Shown piece after piece: positions 28,409 to 38,236 of a stretch of DNA of 64,000 bases; the stretch's first letter is position 1, and each line of letters starts with the position of its first letter. The position numbers and the translations under genes are program-made. Under the pieces are notes generated by a model that did no database searches, was not told the DNA's origin, and saw nothing but the letters and a program-made list of their open reading frames with translations. Location of the stretch: the IMG/VR virus record IMGVR_UViG_3300042451_000960. The stretch is one strand, 5' to 3'. This DNA is from a virus. Lineage: Duplodnaviria; Caudoviricetes.

Positions 28409-28716
28409 TATATATTTAAATTAGCTTTCCAAAATTCCCACCATCTTTTCTTTGGTGGTGGAACACATTGTGAAAATGGGTTATCACCAAATGAAACCGA
28501 ATCCATATACTTTGAACTAAACATATTTAAAAAAACCTCGTGGTACTTATCAGGTATTTTACTGAAATCGGCTAAGATTTTTACTTCTAAAATTTCGTAT
28601 TTATCATCTCCAACTTTTAACCTTAATAAATTTTTAGCTTCAACAGTTTCAGATGTTTTTATATTTAAGTATCCATAACTACCTAAATAAATTTCATTAT
28701 TGTTTTTAGTTTTCAT
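28408..28716 (-). CDS. Hypothetical protein, paralog of 16524-16835
   Basis: KILADFSKIPDKYHEVF. Confidence 0.55.
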   Translation of the reverse strand: MKTKNNNEIYLGSYGYLNIKTSETVEAKNLLRLKVGDDKYEILEVKILADFSKIPDKYHEVFLNMFSSKYMDSVSFGDNPFSQCVPPPKKRWWEFWKANLNI

Positions 28717-28717
28717 A

Positions 28718-29122
28718 TTAATCTATCTTTATAACTTTAGTAATTCTTTCGGTTACAGTTTTCATTTTCTTTTGTGATGCGGGCGCCTCACCAATACCAT
28801 TAGCCATCCAACTTTTTATTTCCATTTCACAAAGGTAATCAGATACATTTGGAATATACTTTTTACCAAAGTCTTCCAAAATGTGCCACTCACATATATC
28901 TTTTACTGAAACTATTTTACCATCTGAATTGGTAATGTATTCGCCGAATAGTGGAATCATAACTTCAAAGATAAAAAACATATTGTGGGTCAACGCACGA
29001 TGCCTATTATCGGAAAAATATTTCTTACTACTATCCATCTTATTATGAAGTGGCAAGTAGTCTTCTACCTTGCCACCCCATAACTTAACGGATGATTGAG
29101 AATGTTTTAAAGGATTTGCCAT
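28718..29122 (-). CDS. Conserved hypothetical protein (DUF6915-like)
   Basis: P.KHS.SS...WGG...DY..H..MDSSK...RHRAL.H...HI.ED. Confidence 0.65.
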   Translation of the reverse strand: MANPLKHSQSSVKLWGGKVEDYLPLHNKMDSSKKYFSDNRHRALTHNMFFIFEVMIPLFGEYITNSDGKIVSVKDICEWHILEDFGKKYIPNVSDYLCEMEIKSWMANGIGEAPASQKKMKTVTERITKVIKID

Positions 29123-29124
29123 AA

Positions 29125-29499
29125 CTATTTAGTTTCTTCTTCGTCATCTTCATCTTCTTCCAACTCACCCCAATATTCATCGGATACAGTTGTTTCACAA
29201 GTCAACTCACCATCTTCATAACGAATACGGCCTGTTGTTCCTGCGTTGTTGAAGTTATAGCTAACACCAGTTGCATCAATAATCTCAAATAGGAAATCTA
29301 CATTATCATTTGTGTTAGCATCAAAGTTACCTTCTAGCTCTTTATACTTTCCATCTTTGTAATCGGAAACCGAAACGTAAGTGAATGAATCAAAGTTATC
29401 CCCACCACCACAAAACTCAATCTCTACGGATGAAGTTTCAAGATCAAATTCAGGATAGTTTGCTTTAATTTTCTCTAAGAATTGTTTTTTAAGTCCCAT
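29125..29499 (-). CDS. Acidic hypothetical protein (DUF6878-like)
   Basis: IEF.GGGD...N.G..G.I. Confidence 0.5.
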   Translation of the reverse strand: MGLKKQFLEKIKANYPEFDLETSSVEIEFCGGGDNFDSFTYVSVSDYKDGKYKELEGNFDANTNDNVDFLFEIIDATGVSYNFNNAGTTGRIRYEDGELTCETTVSDEYWGELEEDEDDEEETK

Positions 29500-29519
29500 A
29501 ACATTTGTTTTTGTTTTTA

Positions 29520-29939
29520 TTAAATTGTATGTTCTATTTTTACTCTTACACAAGTTTGTGGTAATCTACAATTCATTAAGTAATTGTTGATGTATCCCAT
29601 AATATTAGCCGAACCAATTGGGTTAGCTGAATGTGTATAGATTTGCGGAAGTGGTATTTTAGAAGTCATACTTTCGGCAACTAACCATTTAGCACAATCT
29701 AAACCTGTTTTTTCTTTTATGTTATTATAATCTAATGTGTAATTAGGATGAACATTGTTAAAGTATTCATCCATAGCAGTTCTACCCAAATCGTGGTCCA
29801 ATGAAATAACTTCATAGGCATCCAAGCGATTAAGTTGAATGTGTTTTATAAATTCATCATAACTCTTAACTACTTCCCATCCACTATCTTTTGGAGTTCT
29901 TACATCATCCAAATATAATCTCATTTTATTTTTTATCAT
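29520..29939 (-). CDS. Cyclic-phosphate-processing receiver (Rec)-like domain protein
   Basis: LYLDDVRTP, ISLDHDLG, TGLDCAKWL, HSANPIG. Confidence 0.75.
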   Translation of the reverse strand: MIKNKMRLYLDDVRTPKDSGWEVVKSYDEFIKHIQLNRLDAYEVISLDHDLGRTAMDEYFNNVHPNYTLDYNNIKEKTGLDCAKWLVAESMTSKIPLPQIYTHSANPIGSANIMGYINNYLMNCRLPQTCVRVKIEHTI

Positions 29940-30697
29940 TATATAAAATTTATCTCACCACTTTCAAAATTGTAATCAAAGCTTATTGGTGCGTTTTCAG
30001 CTTCGTACCTTAAATTACAGCTACAACCATTGAATGTTTGTAAATCGTACCAACTCGTCAATCCCATAGTTTTCCAACCATAAGCTTCGTGAATGTGGCC
30101 ACAAAAGTGTAAGTGTGGTTGTACCTCTTTTATTCGGTGATACAAATCAGCACATCCTACATTTTGGTTTGTGTTTGAAGCCCTATCATTGTATCCATAT
30201 ATTGGAGTGTGGGTAATAACAATATCAGTATCCATTGGTATTTCATTCCAACATTGTGCAATATCATTACCTCTATCTTTGTTGAATCCCCACCCATAAC
30301 CAAATGACGGTGAATAAGGTGAACCCCAAATGTTGATACCTTCTAACTTAATAGAGTTATTCTCTAAGTAATAAACACCATCGGGTAAGTTACTCAATAG
30401 TTCAACTAACCATTCAGGTTTACCTTCGGCACCAGGTGTTGGGTATTCTTTGTGTTCAAAGTGAGCGGATTTAGCTTCATACAACCTTTCACTATCCATA
30501 ACTAAGTCGTGATTACCAGCTATGAAAACTTTGTGCGTATAATCCTGCTTAGCGAACCACTTAATGAATCCTTCAACTTCGTGCTTTCTACCAATAGACG
30601 TAAAATCACCCGAATGAATCAATAGTTGTCCACCGGGTAGTTTACCATTAAGCTGATTGTGCTTATTGTGTGTATCTGAAATGTGTGTAATTCTCAT
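29939..30697 (-). CDS. Calcineurin-like metallophosphoesterase
   Basis: HISDTH, HSGD, IAGNHD, THTP, GHIHE. Confidence 0.9.
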   Translation of the reverse strand: MRITHISDTHNKHNQLNGKLPGGQLLIHSGDFTSIGRKHEVEGFIKWFAKQDYTHKVFIAGNHDLVMDSERLYEAKSAHFEHKEYPTPGAEGKPEWLVELLSNLPDGVYYLENNSIKLEGINIWGSPYSPSFGYGWGFNKDRGNDIAQCWNEIPMDTDIVITHTPIYGYNDRASNTNQNVGCADLYHRIKEVQPHLHFCGHIHEAYGWKTMGLTSWYDLQTFNGCSCNLRYEAENAPISFDYNFESGEINFI

Positions 30698-30875
30698 AAC
30701 TTATTAAGTATGTACAAAGATACAAAAATATTTTTAATTTTCAAAATCTTTTATTTTTTCTGGCCATTTGTTTCGCATATATTCAACATAGTGGTCTTGC
30801 TTCATTCCATTATAGAACATCCAAGCAAAATAATAATCAAATATCCATTCTAATTTGCGTAACATAATTTTATTA

Positions 30876-31205
30876 TTAAAAATGAAGTGTTAAATCTATG
30901 TCCATATTATACCGAAATTGGTCAGGTGATAATTGACCTTCGGTTGGTTCAAAATAAGAAACCTCTATTGTATGCCCTTGATTTAAAATTTTCTGAATGG
31001 TTGGTTGGTACAAATCATTATCGTTCATTCTAGTTTCTAATTGTATTACCGAACCACCCTCTAAAATATATTTCACTTCTGAAAATTGAAATATTCTATT
31101 AGTCTCTATAATCTGAAGGGCTGCGTGTTGTGGTTCTCCTTCGATTGAAGTATTAACCACTCTTGCTAATTTTTTAATTGTAGCCATAAGTTTTAATTTA
31201 AACAA
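30876..31205 (-). CDS. Hypothetical protein
   Basis: ORF track. Confidence 0.5.
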   Translation of the reverse strand: MFKLKLMATIKKLARVVNTSIEGEPQHAALQIIETNRIFQFSEVKYILEGGSVIQLETRMNDNDLYQPTIQKILNQGHTIEVSYFEPTEGQLSPDQFRYNMDIDLTLHF

Positions 31206-31573
31206 ATATTTTTAAGTATATCTTCACCTTCTTTAATTCTTCCAATTTTTTGTTTAATTTCATCTACCAATTTTCTAGATGCCAAAACACTTTCCATCAA
31301 TCTACTACGATAATTCTCTACTTCATGCTTTGTTTCTACTTCATAACAAAACTGGTCAATAGCGTTATTGATAAGATTTTTTAATCCATCATCATCACCA
31401 TCAATCATACTCATCTCCATCATATTGATAAGAGATGCTGCGGTTGCGGATTTTATAATCATACTTACACCATTCTCAGCTTCTAATAGGTTACATAGAA
31501 TTATAGTCATAGCAAATCGTTGCTCATTCACTCTAATTGCTTTTTCACCAGCGGTTAGTTTCTTTTTTCTCAT
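31193..31573 (-). CDS. Hypothetical protein
   Basis: ORF track. Confidence 0.55.
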   Translation of the reverse strand: MRKKKLTAGEKAIRVNEQRFAMTIILCNLLEAENGVSMIIKSATAASLINMMEMSMIDGDDDGLKNLINNAIDQFCYEVETKHEVENYRSRLMESVLASRKLVDEIKQKIGRIKEGEDILKNICLN

Positions 31574-31761
31574 TTTAATAATTTTATAAGCCTAAGTAAA
31601 TACCATTTTGGTACTTCAAATTGGGCTCTAATGAATAATATTAATTGAAATGATGTCCTAAATCTAAGGTCATCTTCGGTTTCTTCCATTCTCCTATTAA
31701 CGTGTCTTACAATCGGAAAGCTTAGAAGAATCCATATCAATAAAATTGTTAATCCATCCAT
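31570..31761 (-). CDS. Small membrane protein
   Basis: Hydrophobic N-terminus. Confidence 0.45.
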   Translation of the reverse strand: MDGLTILLIWILLSFPIVRHVNRRMEETEDDLRFRTSFQLILFIRAQFEVPKWYLLRLIKLLK

Positions 31762-31763
31762 AC

Positions 31764-32483
31764 CTATAAATATTTGTTGAACACCTTTTGGTATTCTTTG
31801 TTTAATTGTTTAAGAATCTTTTTAGATACACCTTGAGCGAACTTTGTGTACTCACTATGCCAAGTTAGATACGCCTGAATCTCATCGTACACCACACTAT
31901 CGGTATATCCCATATCTATTAGGTTGTTTCTGAATTTCATACGAATATCCAAAGGAATAGCATCGGTAATTTCATCCATCAATTCCTTATACTCTTTGTT
32001 GGTATAATATAAACCATGACAAACTTCGTGCATAAAAGTATCACTTTCAGTATCGTTAGCTCCAATAATATAAGCGTTCATATCCCTTTTATTCTTTTTA
32101 TTGAACATACGGCTTTGAACATTCCATACAATATCTTTCATCACACCATCCCATTTACTTTTCCAATTATCAGGCATAGAACGAACACCATTTACAAACC
32201 CATTTTTCTTTTTAGGTTTTTCAGTACCTTCGTAACATTCCCAAGCTATTGGTAGTGGTATATTAAATCCACCCCAATCAAATGCGTAAGTAAAAGCATC
32301 TCTATGCTCTTTACTATACCATTCAATAAAATCCCAAATGTTAAAGTGCTTACCTCTAAAATCAGGGTTAGGTGATTCATAAAATTCCTGTACTCTACAA
32401 AATGTCATAGCCCTATCATAATGGTTGGGTATGATAACAGCGAACACTCTATCTTTAACTTCTTTTATTTGATAGTTTTTCAT
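31764..32483 (-). CDS. HExxH-containing protein
   Basis: F.R.QEFYESP...HEVCHGLY...DEIQAY. Confidence 0.6.
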   Translation of the reverse strand: MKNYQIKEVKDRVFAVIIPNHYDRAMTFCRVQEFYESPNPDFRGKHFNIWDFIEWYSKEHRDAFTYAFDWGGFNIPLPIAWECYEGTEKPKKKNGFVNGVRSMPDNWKSKWDGVMKDIVWNVQSRMFNKKNKRDMNAYIIGANDTESDTFMHEVCHGLYYTNKEYKELMDEITDAIPLDIRMKFRNNLIDMGYTDSVVYDEIQAYLTWHSEYTKFAQGVSKKILKQLNKEYQKVFNKYL

Positions 32484-32664
32484 ATTTAAAAAATTTCTTC
32501 AGCTATTCCTAATACTTCAGCTACAGCGAATAACACAGCGGCTGTGAAAAGGTCACCTACAAATAATCCGTAACATGCACCTAAACGAAAACCACTTTTA
32601 GTTACAGAAATGTAAAAGTGGCTCTTTGAATTACTTTCTTTTGGTTGTATCATAAAATTTATTT

Positions 32665-32904
32665 TTAACTTATTACATAATCGTATAACTCTCTCACCGA
32701 GTTTATACCATTTCTACTACTCATTGTATCAATGTCCGATAACCTCTCAACGTTACATCCTTCGTTAATCTCATCATAGGTACAATTGATATTACAACTA
32801 CCTTCAACACAATACCAGCGTTTACCGCTGTATGTTTCGTAAACAAAAATAGTACCTCTATTTCGGGTACCATAAAATCCTTCTACTTCATACAAATTTG
32901 CCAT
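32665..32904 (-). CDS. Hypothetical protein
   Basis: ORF track. Confidence 0.55.
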   Translation of the reverse strand: MANLYEVEGFYGTRNRGTIFVYETYSGKRWYCVEGSCNINCTYDEINEGCNVERLSDIDTMSSRNGINSVRELYDYVIS

Positions 32905-32922
32905 ATACTTAATTTTTATTTA

Positions 32923-33219
32923 TTAACTTAATGAACTTAATATTACACCTTTATAACCCATACTCTTTGCCTTCTCAATACCTTCCCACTCATAAAAGTT
33001 TTCACCAGGCACTTCGTAAAGATACAATCTGAAATTTTCACAAAACTTTAGAATGTGTTCACATTCACCATTCCAATCCAATTCCATAATATCAACATTC
33101 AAACTAACTTTGAACCAATCCCAAACATCGCATATATTCAATACAGCGAATTCGTTTTCTAATTCAGAAACTACTCGGTTTCTACCGTCCATTTCATATT
33201 GTGTTACATTACTATTCAT
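32923..33219 (-). CDS. Hypothetical protein
   Basis: ORF track. Confidence 0.55.
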   Translation of the reverse strand: MNSNVTQYEMDGRNRVVSELENEFAVLNICDVWDWFKVSLNVDIMELDWNGECEHILKFCENFRLYLYEVPGENFYEWEGIEKAKSMGYKGVILSSLS

Positions 33220-33241
33220 ATACTTAATTTTTATTTGTTAA

Positions 33242-33601
33242 TTAGATACCTTGCTCCCTACGCAACATCGTTTCGTGATATTCAGCTTCCGAATATTCAA
33301 CAACCTTTAAGTAAGGTTTGAAATCGGTAGTATAGTAACCATTAAGGTTAGCCAAACTAATCATTGTATCAATGAAATTTTGACGAGCATAGGTCATATC
33401 TGAACTACCAAACCCCTGGTCTTCCGGCCAATCTGAATAATCTTCAGTTAAGGATTCCAATGCCGAATATACTGCATCGGCGTAAGTAATAACTCTACCC
33501 GTGTACTTACCTACAACGGGGAAAGAATTTTTAATAACATCATAACCCTCAATCAATGGAGCGGTTTCAAATACCCTAATCGGGTCAAAAGGTAAACTCA
33601 T
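33242..33601 (-). CDS. Hypothetical early protein
   Basis: Follows promoter at about 33620. Confidence 0.55.
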   Translation of the reverse strand: MSLPFDPIRVFETAPLIEGYDVIKNSFPVVGKYTGRVITYADAVYSALESLTEDYSDWPEDQGFGSSDMTYARQNFIDTMISLANLNGYYTTDFKPYLKVVEYSEAEYHETMLRREQGI

Positions 33602-33610
33602 AATCTTAAT

Positions 33611-33743
33611 TTTATATAGTAAAACTACAAATAATACCCGAAACTACCAAATTTTTAGGGAAAAATCTTCAAAAAAATTTTATTGATAATCAACACGTTA
33701 GCCGGGTGTCTCAAAAACCTCACGTAACGTGTTGATTATCAAT
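33611..33743 (-). promoter_or_regulatory. Promoter plus inverted pair of IHF-consensus boxes
   Basis: attgataatcaacacgttag 33682-33701 and inverted copy 33724-33743. Confidence 0.6.
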
Positions 33744-33849
33744 TCAATATATATTATGCCATTTTTAACCGATTTTAGGGGGTCTTTTTGAATATAAGGT
33801 CAATACCCAGCCCAGCACCCAAAACCATCAGGAAACGAATAAAAACGGG

Positions 33850-34221
33850 CTATTCTACACCATTTTTGGTATTCCAAACACCCCTTAATTTATCCAGTAT
33901 CATACGGGTCAAAACGGGTCCTGCCAACCCATCTAATACATATAAAATATCATTATCTGTGTACTTCAATTTTATACTATCGTTGATGTCATCAATTTCA
34001 GATTGCTGATAATATTCGTTTTCTAATTGCTCTCTTTCTATGAGCATTTTATCTAATACATCGTTGGGCATTAGGTCACCATTATCATCAAATAGTGATA
34101 CTTGTTTGTATTGTTTGTAATTTTCCATATATTCTACATATTCAAATGCCGAAATTCCAAATCGTTCATCCATTTCTTCCGGCGTTAGGTTATTGAGTAA
34201 CTTTTCTTTTAGTTTTCCCAT
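33850..34221 (-). CDS. Hypothetical protein
   Basis: Start reassigned to MGKLKEK. Confidence 0.5.
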   Translation of the reverse strand: MGKLKEKLLNNLTPEEMDERFGISAFEYVEYMENYKQYKQVSLFDDNGDLMPNDVLDKMLIEREQLENEYYQQSEIDDINDSIKLKYTDNDILYVLDGLAGPVLTRMILDKLRGVWNTKNGVE

Positions 34222-34222
34222 A

Positions 34223-34831
34223 TTAAATATTTTCTTCTCTATAAATTGTTTCAAATCTTTTAGGTAACTTACTATAATCCAACTTAAAGTTTGTTGGCAT
34301 TGCTGCTACAACTTTCTTATTGTGGTATGGCATATTGTTTGGTTTACACCATCTACGAGTTTGCTTCATCCAATTATAGAACATCAAGTAACTATTAGCT
34401 TTCTTAATGTACTTATCGGTATCAATACTCAATCCCCATTCGTTAATCATTCTTACACTTCTCATTTCATTATCCCTTTCCAACTGAATAGCGATATTGA
34501 AAGCGTTTTCCAACGTTTGAGGTCTTTTGTACTTACCTTCCAACCACTCATCAATAACAGGCAATGCTCTACCTGCTTTTTTCCATAAATGCAAACCATC
34601 TTGCCATTGTGTAAGGTGACAATATTCGTGTACCAATATTTCCAATCCATCCGACTTACCCATTGAACATGCTAAGATAGCATCTACATCATCAAAGTAT
34701 CCACTACATCTAATGTTACCGGAAAGTTTTACATACTTCACATCTTTAATATGGGTCTTTATACCCAATCTCTTACACTCATCCTTAACAAACTGAATGA
34801 ATGCTTTATCGTTTTTACTTAATCTTTTCAT
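34223..34831 (-). CDS. HExxH zincin-like protein
   Basis: ILVHEYCHLTQW...LERDNE. Confidence 0.65.
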   Translation of the reverse strand: MKRLSKNDKAFIQFVKDECKRLGIKTHIKDVKYVKLSGNIRCSGYFDDVDAILACSMGKSDGLEILVHEYCHLTQWQDGLHLWKKAGRALPVIDEWLEGKYKRPQTLENAFNIAIQLERDNEMRSVRMINEWGLSIDTDKYIKKANSYLMFYNWMKQTRRWCKPNNMPYHNKKVVAAMPTNFKLDYSKLPKRFETIYREENI

Positions 34832-34857
34832 AAAGGGGTTTTTACAAATATACGAAA

Positions 34858-35142
34858 TTATTTTGAATCTAACAAATCTATGTTTGTAGTTATTAATTGT
34901 CCATCTTCTTCACTATACAATTCGGCAGTTGGGTTACCACCATTATCACCCGGCTCCAAATACTCTTCTGTTTCGAATAGTGTTTCTTGCTCATCGAAAG
35001 TATCAACACACATATTATCGTGAAAACGAGCTGCCATTTCTGCTTTAGCATCATCTAAAGATTCAGCTTTAATTGTGTGGAACTCTCTTTGCCAAATTGT
35101 TACCTTACGGTCTATAAAAAAATCAAAAGTTTGTGTAGGCAT
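34858..35142 (-). CDS. Hypothetical protein
   Basis: Start reassigned to MPTQTF. Confidence 0.55.
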   Translation of the reverse strand: MPTQTFDFFIDRKVTIWQREFHTIKAESLDDAKAEMAARFHDNMCVDTFDEQETLFETEEYLEPGDNGGNPTAELYSEEDGQLITTNIDLLDSK

Positions 35143-35530
35143 GTGCTTTAAGTTTATTTTGTTTATTTTTAATGTGGTTATATGAATAACCATGTCTCTT
35201 TTTAAATTCACGAATTAGTATGTTAGCTTCATCATAGTATCCATATTTTCTCAACAATACCATAGCCAAACTATCTGCTTCAACTTCATCGTTTGGTCCT
35301 TTAATACCTGTATGATTGAGAATGATATGTGCTACTTCGTGAGCCTCTACGATTTTGTATATTGATTTATGTTGATTACCATCAATGAATATCAACTTTT
35401 GGTCAGGCGCTACAAATCCATATCCATAATCATTAAATAGTGGTGCTAAGACCTGATACTGATAATCTCCGGCTTCAATCACAGCTACCATAACTCCTTT
35501 GTGAAATTCACTTTCAAATAATTTTGCCAT
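35123..35530 (-). CDS. HExxH (ImmA/IrrE-like) metallopeptidase
   Basis: AHEVAHIILNH...EVEAD. Confidence 0.65.
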   Translation of the reverse strand: MAKLFESEFHKGVMVAVIEAGDYQYQVLAPLFNDYGYGFVAPDQKLIFIDGNQHKSIYKIVEAHEVAHIILNHTGIKGPNDEVEADSLAMVLLRKYGYYDEANILIREFKKRHGYSYNHIKNKQNKLKAHAYTNF

Positions 35531-35533
35531 AAC

Positions 35534-36115
35534 TTACCAAATTTTAAATCCACCACAAGCTCTAAGGAAATTAATCCAACGCTTGATATGTGCTAATGAA
35601 CAACTATGAGCTGATTCAACCAACTCACCTTTCTTTGTAACAATAGGGTTGTAAAGGATAGTACCATATTCATATTGTTGTTGCAATTCTAAGTTCTCAT
35701 CCGAATAGAATTGACCTGTACCACTCTTTACCCAGCTACCCATCACTATCTGAATACGGTCATCATCTTCGGCCATAAACTCATTGTAACCACTATCATT
35801 AGTCAACATCAATTCCAATGCATCTGCTAACTTATCACATTGCTTTTGTGTACGAAGCCCTTTACCATCATTTGAACCCCAATGGTCCATATTCATTTTG
35901 AGTTTGTACTTATCGTTTGCTATTTCACATAACATACAAATAGGTCTCCAACCCCACCAATTAGAACGAAAGTAAACGCCAGGATTTTCTTCTTCCCATT
36001 CATCTACTTTATTCCAATACTTTTGTTTTTGGTCATCGGTTGAAGCCTGATAATCTATTTGGTCAGGTCTTTCCGATTTTACTATTGGCTTTCTGCCGTA
36101 TATATCTACTCCCAT
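35534..36115 (-). CDS. Conserved phage hypothetical protein
   Basis: MGVDIY...YFR.N.WGWRP...F...GGF.IW. Confidence 0.65.
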   Translation of the reverse strand: MGVDIYGRKPIVKSERPDQIDYQASTDDQKQKYWNKVDEWEEENPGVYFRSNWWGWRPICMLCEIANDKYKLKMNMDHWGSNDGKGLRTQKQCDKLADALELMLTNDSGYNEFMAEDDDRIQIVMGSWVKSGTGQFYSDENLELQQQYEYGTILYNPIVTKKGELVESAHSCSLAHIKRWINFLRACGGFKIW

Positions 36116-36133
36116 ATAAATTTGTTTTTAATA

Positions 36134-36586
36134 TTACCAACTTGAATGATATGAAAACTCATCAGCATCTCCATCACTAAGAGCTTCTTCTAAAATTTCT
36201 ATTGTACTATTAATACCTTCATAGTACCACTCATCATAACCAGTACCACCAAAGAAAAATCCGGAAGCAGTTGGTAGTAATTGTTCAGCTTTATCGTTAT
36301 CAATACTAACAATCTTACAAAGGTTAAGTAATTGCTCTAAATTCTCTCTACTAACATAGGCATCTCTACAATCATCAACACCACCCTGGCAGTTATCCAC
36401 AAACCATTGATGAATGGCGTTTGCTTTTCTCCAATACCCAACTTCTTCTACAATATAACTTACCTTCTTTGGGTTAATGTTTGTAGGGTTACCAGCTTTA
36501 GTGACCTTAACATCATAATTGTTATCACCATTGTGCTCCCAATACTTTACATACGTCTTTTTACTTAAATACATGTCTAATCCCAT
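36134..36586 (-). CDS. Conserved phage hypothetical protein
   Basis: MGLDMYL...YWRKANAIH.WF...GFFFG..YD..Y. Confidence 0.7.
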   Translation of the reverse strand: MGLDMYLSKKTYVKYWEHNGDNNYDVKVTKAGNPTNINPKKVSYIVEEVGYWRKANAIHQWFVDNCQGGVDDCRDAYVSRENLEQLLNLCKIVSIDNDKAEQLLPTASGFFFGGTGYDEWYYEGINSTIEILEEALSDGDADEFSYHSSW

Positions 36587-36618
36587 AACTTAATTTTTAA
36601 TTTTTATTTTATAATTTA

Positions 36619-36813
36619 TTATCTATTCTTTGTTGGCGTTCTAATACTAGCTGCCCAATTTATGTTTGTACTTACCAAATTTTTATTTGTAAGTTGCTTT
36701 GAACATTCACTACAATTAACTTTAGTTTTATCCAAATCATTATCCCAAACATATTCCTTTGTTAGTGCCCCACATTTACATTTGTAGGTTCGTTGTTTAA
36801 GCGTATTCTTCAT
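36619..36813 (-). CDS. Small zinc-ribbon protein
   Basis: YKCKCG...CSECS. Confidence 0.55.
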   Translation of the reverse strand: MKNTLKQRTYKCKCGALTKEYVWDNDLDKTKVNCSECSKQLTNKNLVSTNINWAASIRTPTKNR

Positions 36814-36824
36814 TCTACTATATT

Positions 36825-37244
36825 TTATGATTCATAATCATCTTCGCCATCGTAATCTTCATCATCGTAAAAGTATCCCTGTGATTCACAACTATCAGGT
36901 CCATAGTAATTGTATCTCCAACCCTTAGCTTCTTCTACTAAGTTAGGATACTTAACTGCGAATGTATGGTCACCACTTCCATTTTCTTTGAAAGCAATAC
37001 CAATACCCTCACCTCTCATATAATTGGTATATTTCTCACCTTTCAAATCTGAAGTTACTCCATTCATTTCGGCAAGTAATTCATAATAATCCTTACCACC
37101 AAATACACCATAACCTTCATAGTTATCTTCGGTCCAAACATTACCTTTATCATCCATCATTTGAACTCGGAATGTACCTCTAACAGAGGATTCGTTACTG
37201 ATACTCTTATCAGTGTCCATTGTTTTCCAACTAAAAAATCCCAT
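36825..37244 (-). CDS. Conserved phage hypothetical protein
   Basis: MGFFSW.T.DT..SI...YEGYG.FGG.DYY. Confidence 0.65.
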   Translation of the reverse strand: MGFFSWKTMDTDKSISNESSVRGTFRVQMMDDKGNVWTEDNYEGYGVFGGKDYYELLAEMNGVTSDLKGEKYTNYMRGEGIGIAFKENGSGDHTFAVKYPNLVEEAKGWRYNYYGPDSCESQGYFYDDEDYDGEDDYES

Positions 37245-37255
37245 AACTTTAATTT

Positions 37256-37501
37256 TTATTTTAATGAATATTTTTGTTTACTTTCTTGTTCGTTATATAC
37301 AGGAAGTTTTGTTTTGAAAAACTCTTGAATCCTATATACGTTCATCCATTGTACATCTTCCCAACGGCCATTTGAAGTTTTAACATATAAGTTCCACATA
37401 TTGGCTCCACCAAAATCACTCATAGATTTTTCTGCACGCAGGTTACTTTCTTCTACTTCAAAATAACTAATGCCATTTGGCGCTGTGTAATTGTAATTCA
37501 T
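37256..37501 (-). CDS. Hypothetical protein
   Basis: ORF track. Confidence 0.5.
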   Translation of the reverse strand: MNYNYTAPNGISYFEVEESNLRAEKSMSDFGGANMWNLYVKTSNGRWEDVQWMNVYRIQEFFKTKLPVYNEQESKQKYSLK

Positions 37502-37505
37502 ATAC

Positions 37506-37847
37506 TTATTTTTTATTTTTTATCTGAACAATGTGTTTACAATCTTTACCACGTCCGAAACCGTGCGCAGGACAACTACAAGTCCAAACACCGTCATCAT
37601 TTATCACTTTGTAGGTATTACCTTTACTACCTGCTACTTTATATTCCTTACGTTCTTTCTTAACAGGAGTTACTTTAGCTTTAACACCATACTCAATCTT
37701 ATCCCAAACCTTTTCCAACTCATCCCATCTATAACTCCTATCTACTTTTACCCAACCATCACCATCGGAACTACATATAACATACCATTGGTTACTGAAT
37801 GTACCTTGGAATGATACAGGTGGATAGTGTGAACGAAATCTTCTCAT
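37506..37847 (-). CDS. SWIM zinc-finger protein
   Basis: GSKGNTY.V...WTCSCP...CKH. Confidence 0.75.
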   Translation of the reverse strand: MRRFRSHYPPVSFQGTFSNQWYVICSSDGDGWVKVDRSYRWDELEKVWDKIEYGVKAKVTPVKKERKEYKVAGSKGNTYKVINDDGVWTCSCPAHGFGRGKDCKHIVQIKNKK

Positions 37848-37851
37848 TGTA

Positions 37852-38070
37852 TTATCTATATAAGGTTACAAAATGTCCGAAATACTTATCGAATGTTGCT
37901 ACTAAATGTTCGTAATCACCACTCATCATTTCAGCTTGAATTTTAGCTTTGTCCAATCCTAATTGCTTAGCTAAATTACCAGCTCTACCAATTAACATAA
38001 ATGCGTTACCATCAGGTCCTGTTAAGTCAATTTCAATAGTGGACTTACTCACTTTCTTTTTAATAGCCAT
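37852..38070 (-). CDS. Conserved phage hypothetical protein
   Basis: L.GPDGNAF.L.G...SGDYEHL. Confidence 0.65.
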   Translation of the reverse strand: MAIKKKVSKSTIEIDLTGPDGNAFMLIGRAGNLAKQLGLDKAKIQAEMMSGDYEHLVATFDKYFGHFVTLYR

Positions 38071-38073
38071 AGT

Positions 38074-38235
38074 TTAATATTTAGTTTCTTTTTTGAAATA
38101 CTCTTTTACAATCTCAATATTCTTAATCGTCAATATCTGATATGATAATTGAGTTACCGTAGAATACGGAACACCTTTAAGGTTAAACGAATCTCCACCT
38201 ACAGTGGTTACTTTAATGTCAAATACTGATTTCAT
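38074..38235 (-). CDS. Hypothetical protein
   Basis: Start reassigned to MKSVF. Confidence 0.45.
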   Translation of the reverse strand: MKSVFDIKVTTVGGDSFNLKGVPYSTVTQLSYQILTIKNIEIVKEYFKKETKY

Positions 38236-38236
38236 A

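Noticed and set aside
33737-33764. Possible third dif-like site (tatata-ttatgccattt)
   Set aside because: XerD arm matches only partly and there is no XerC-like arm
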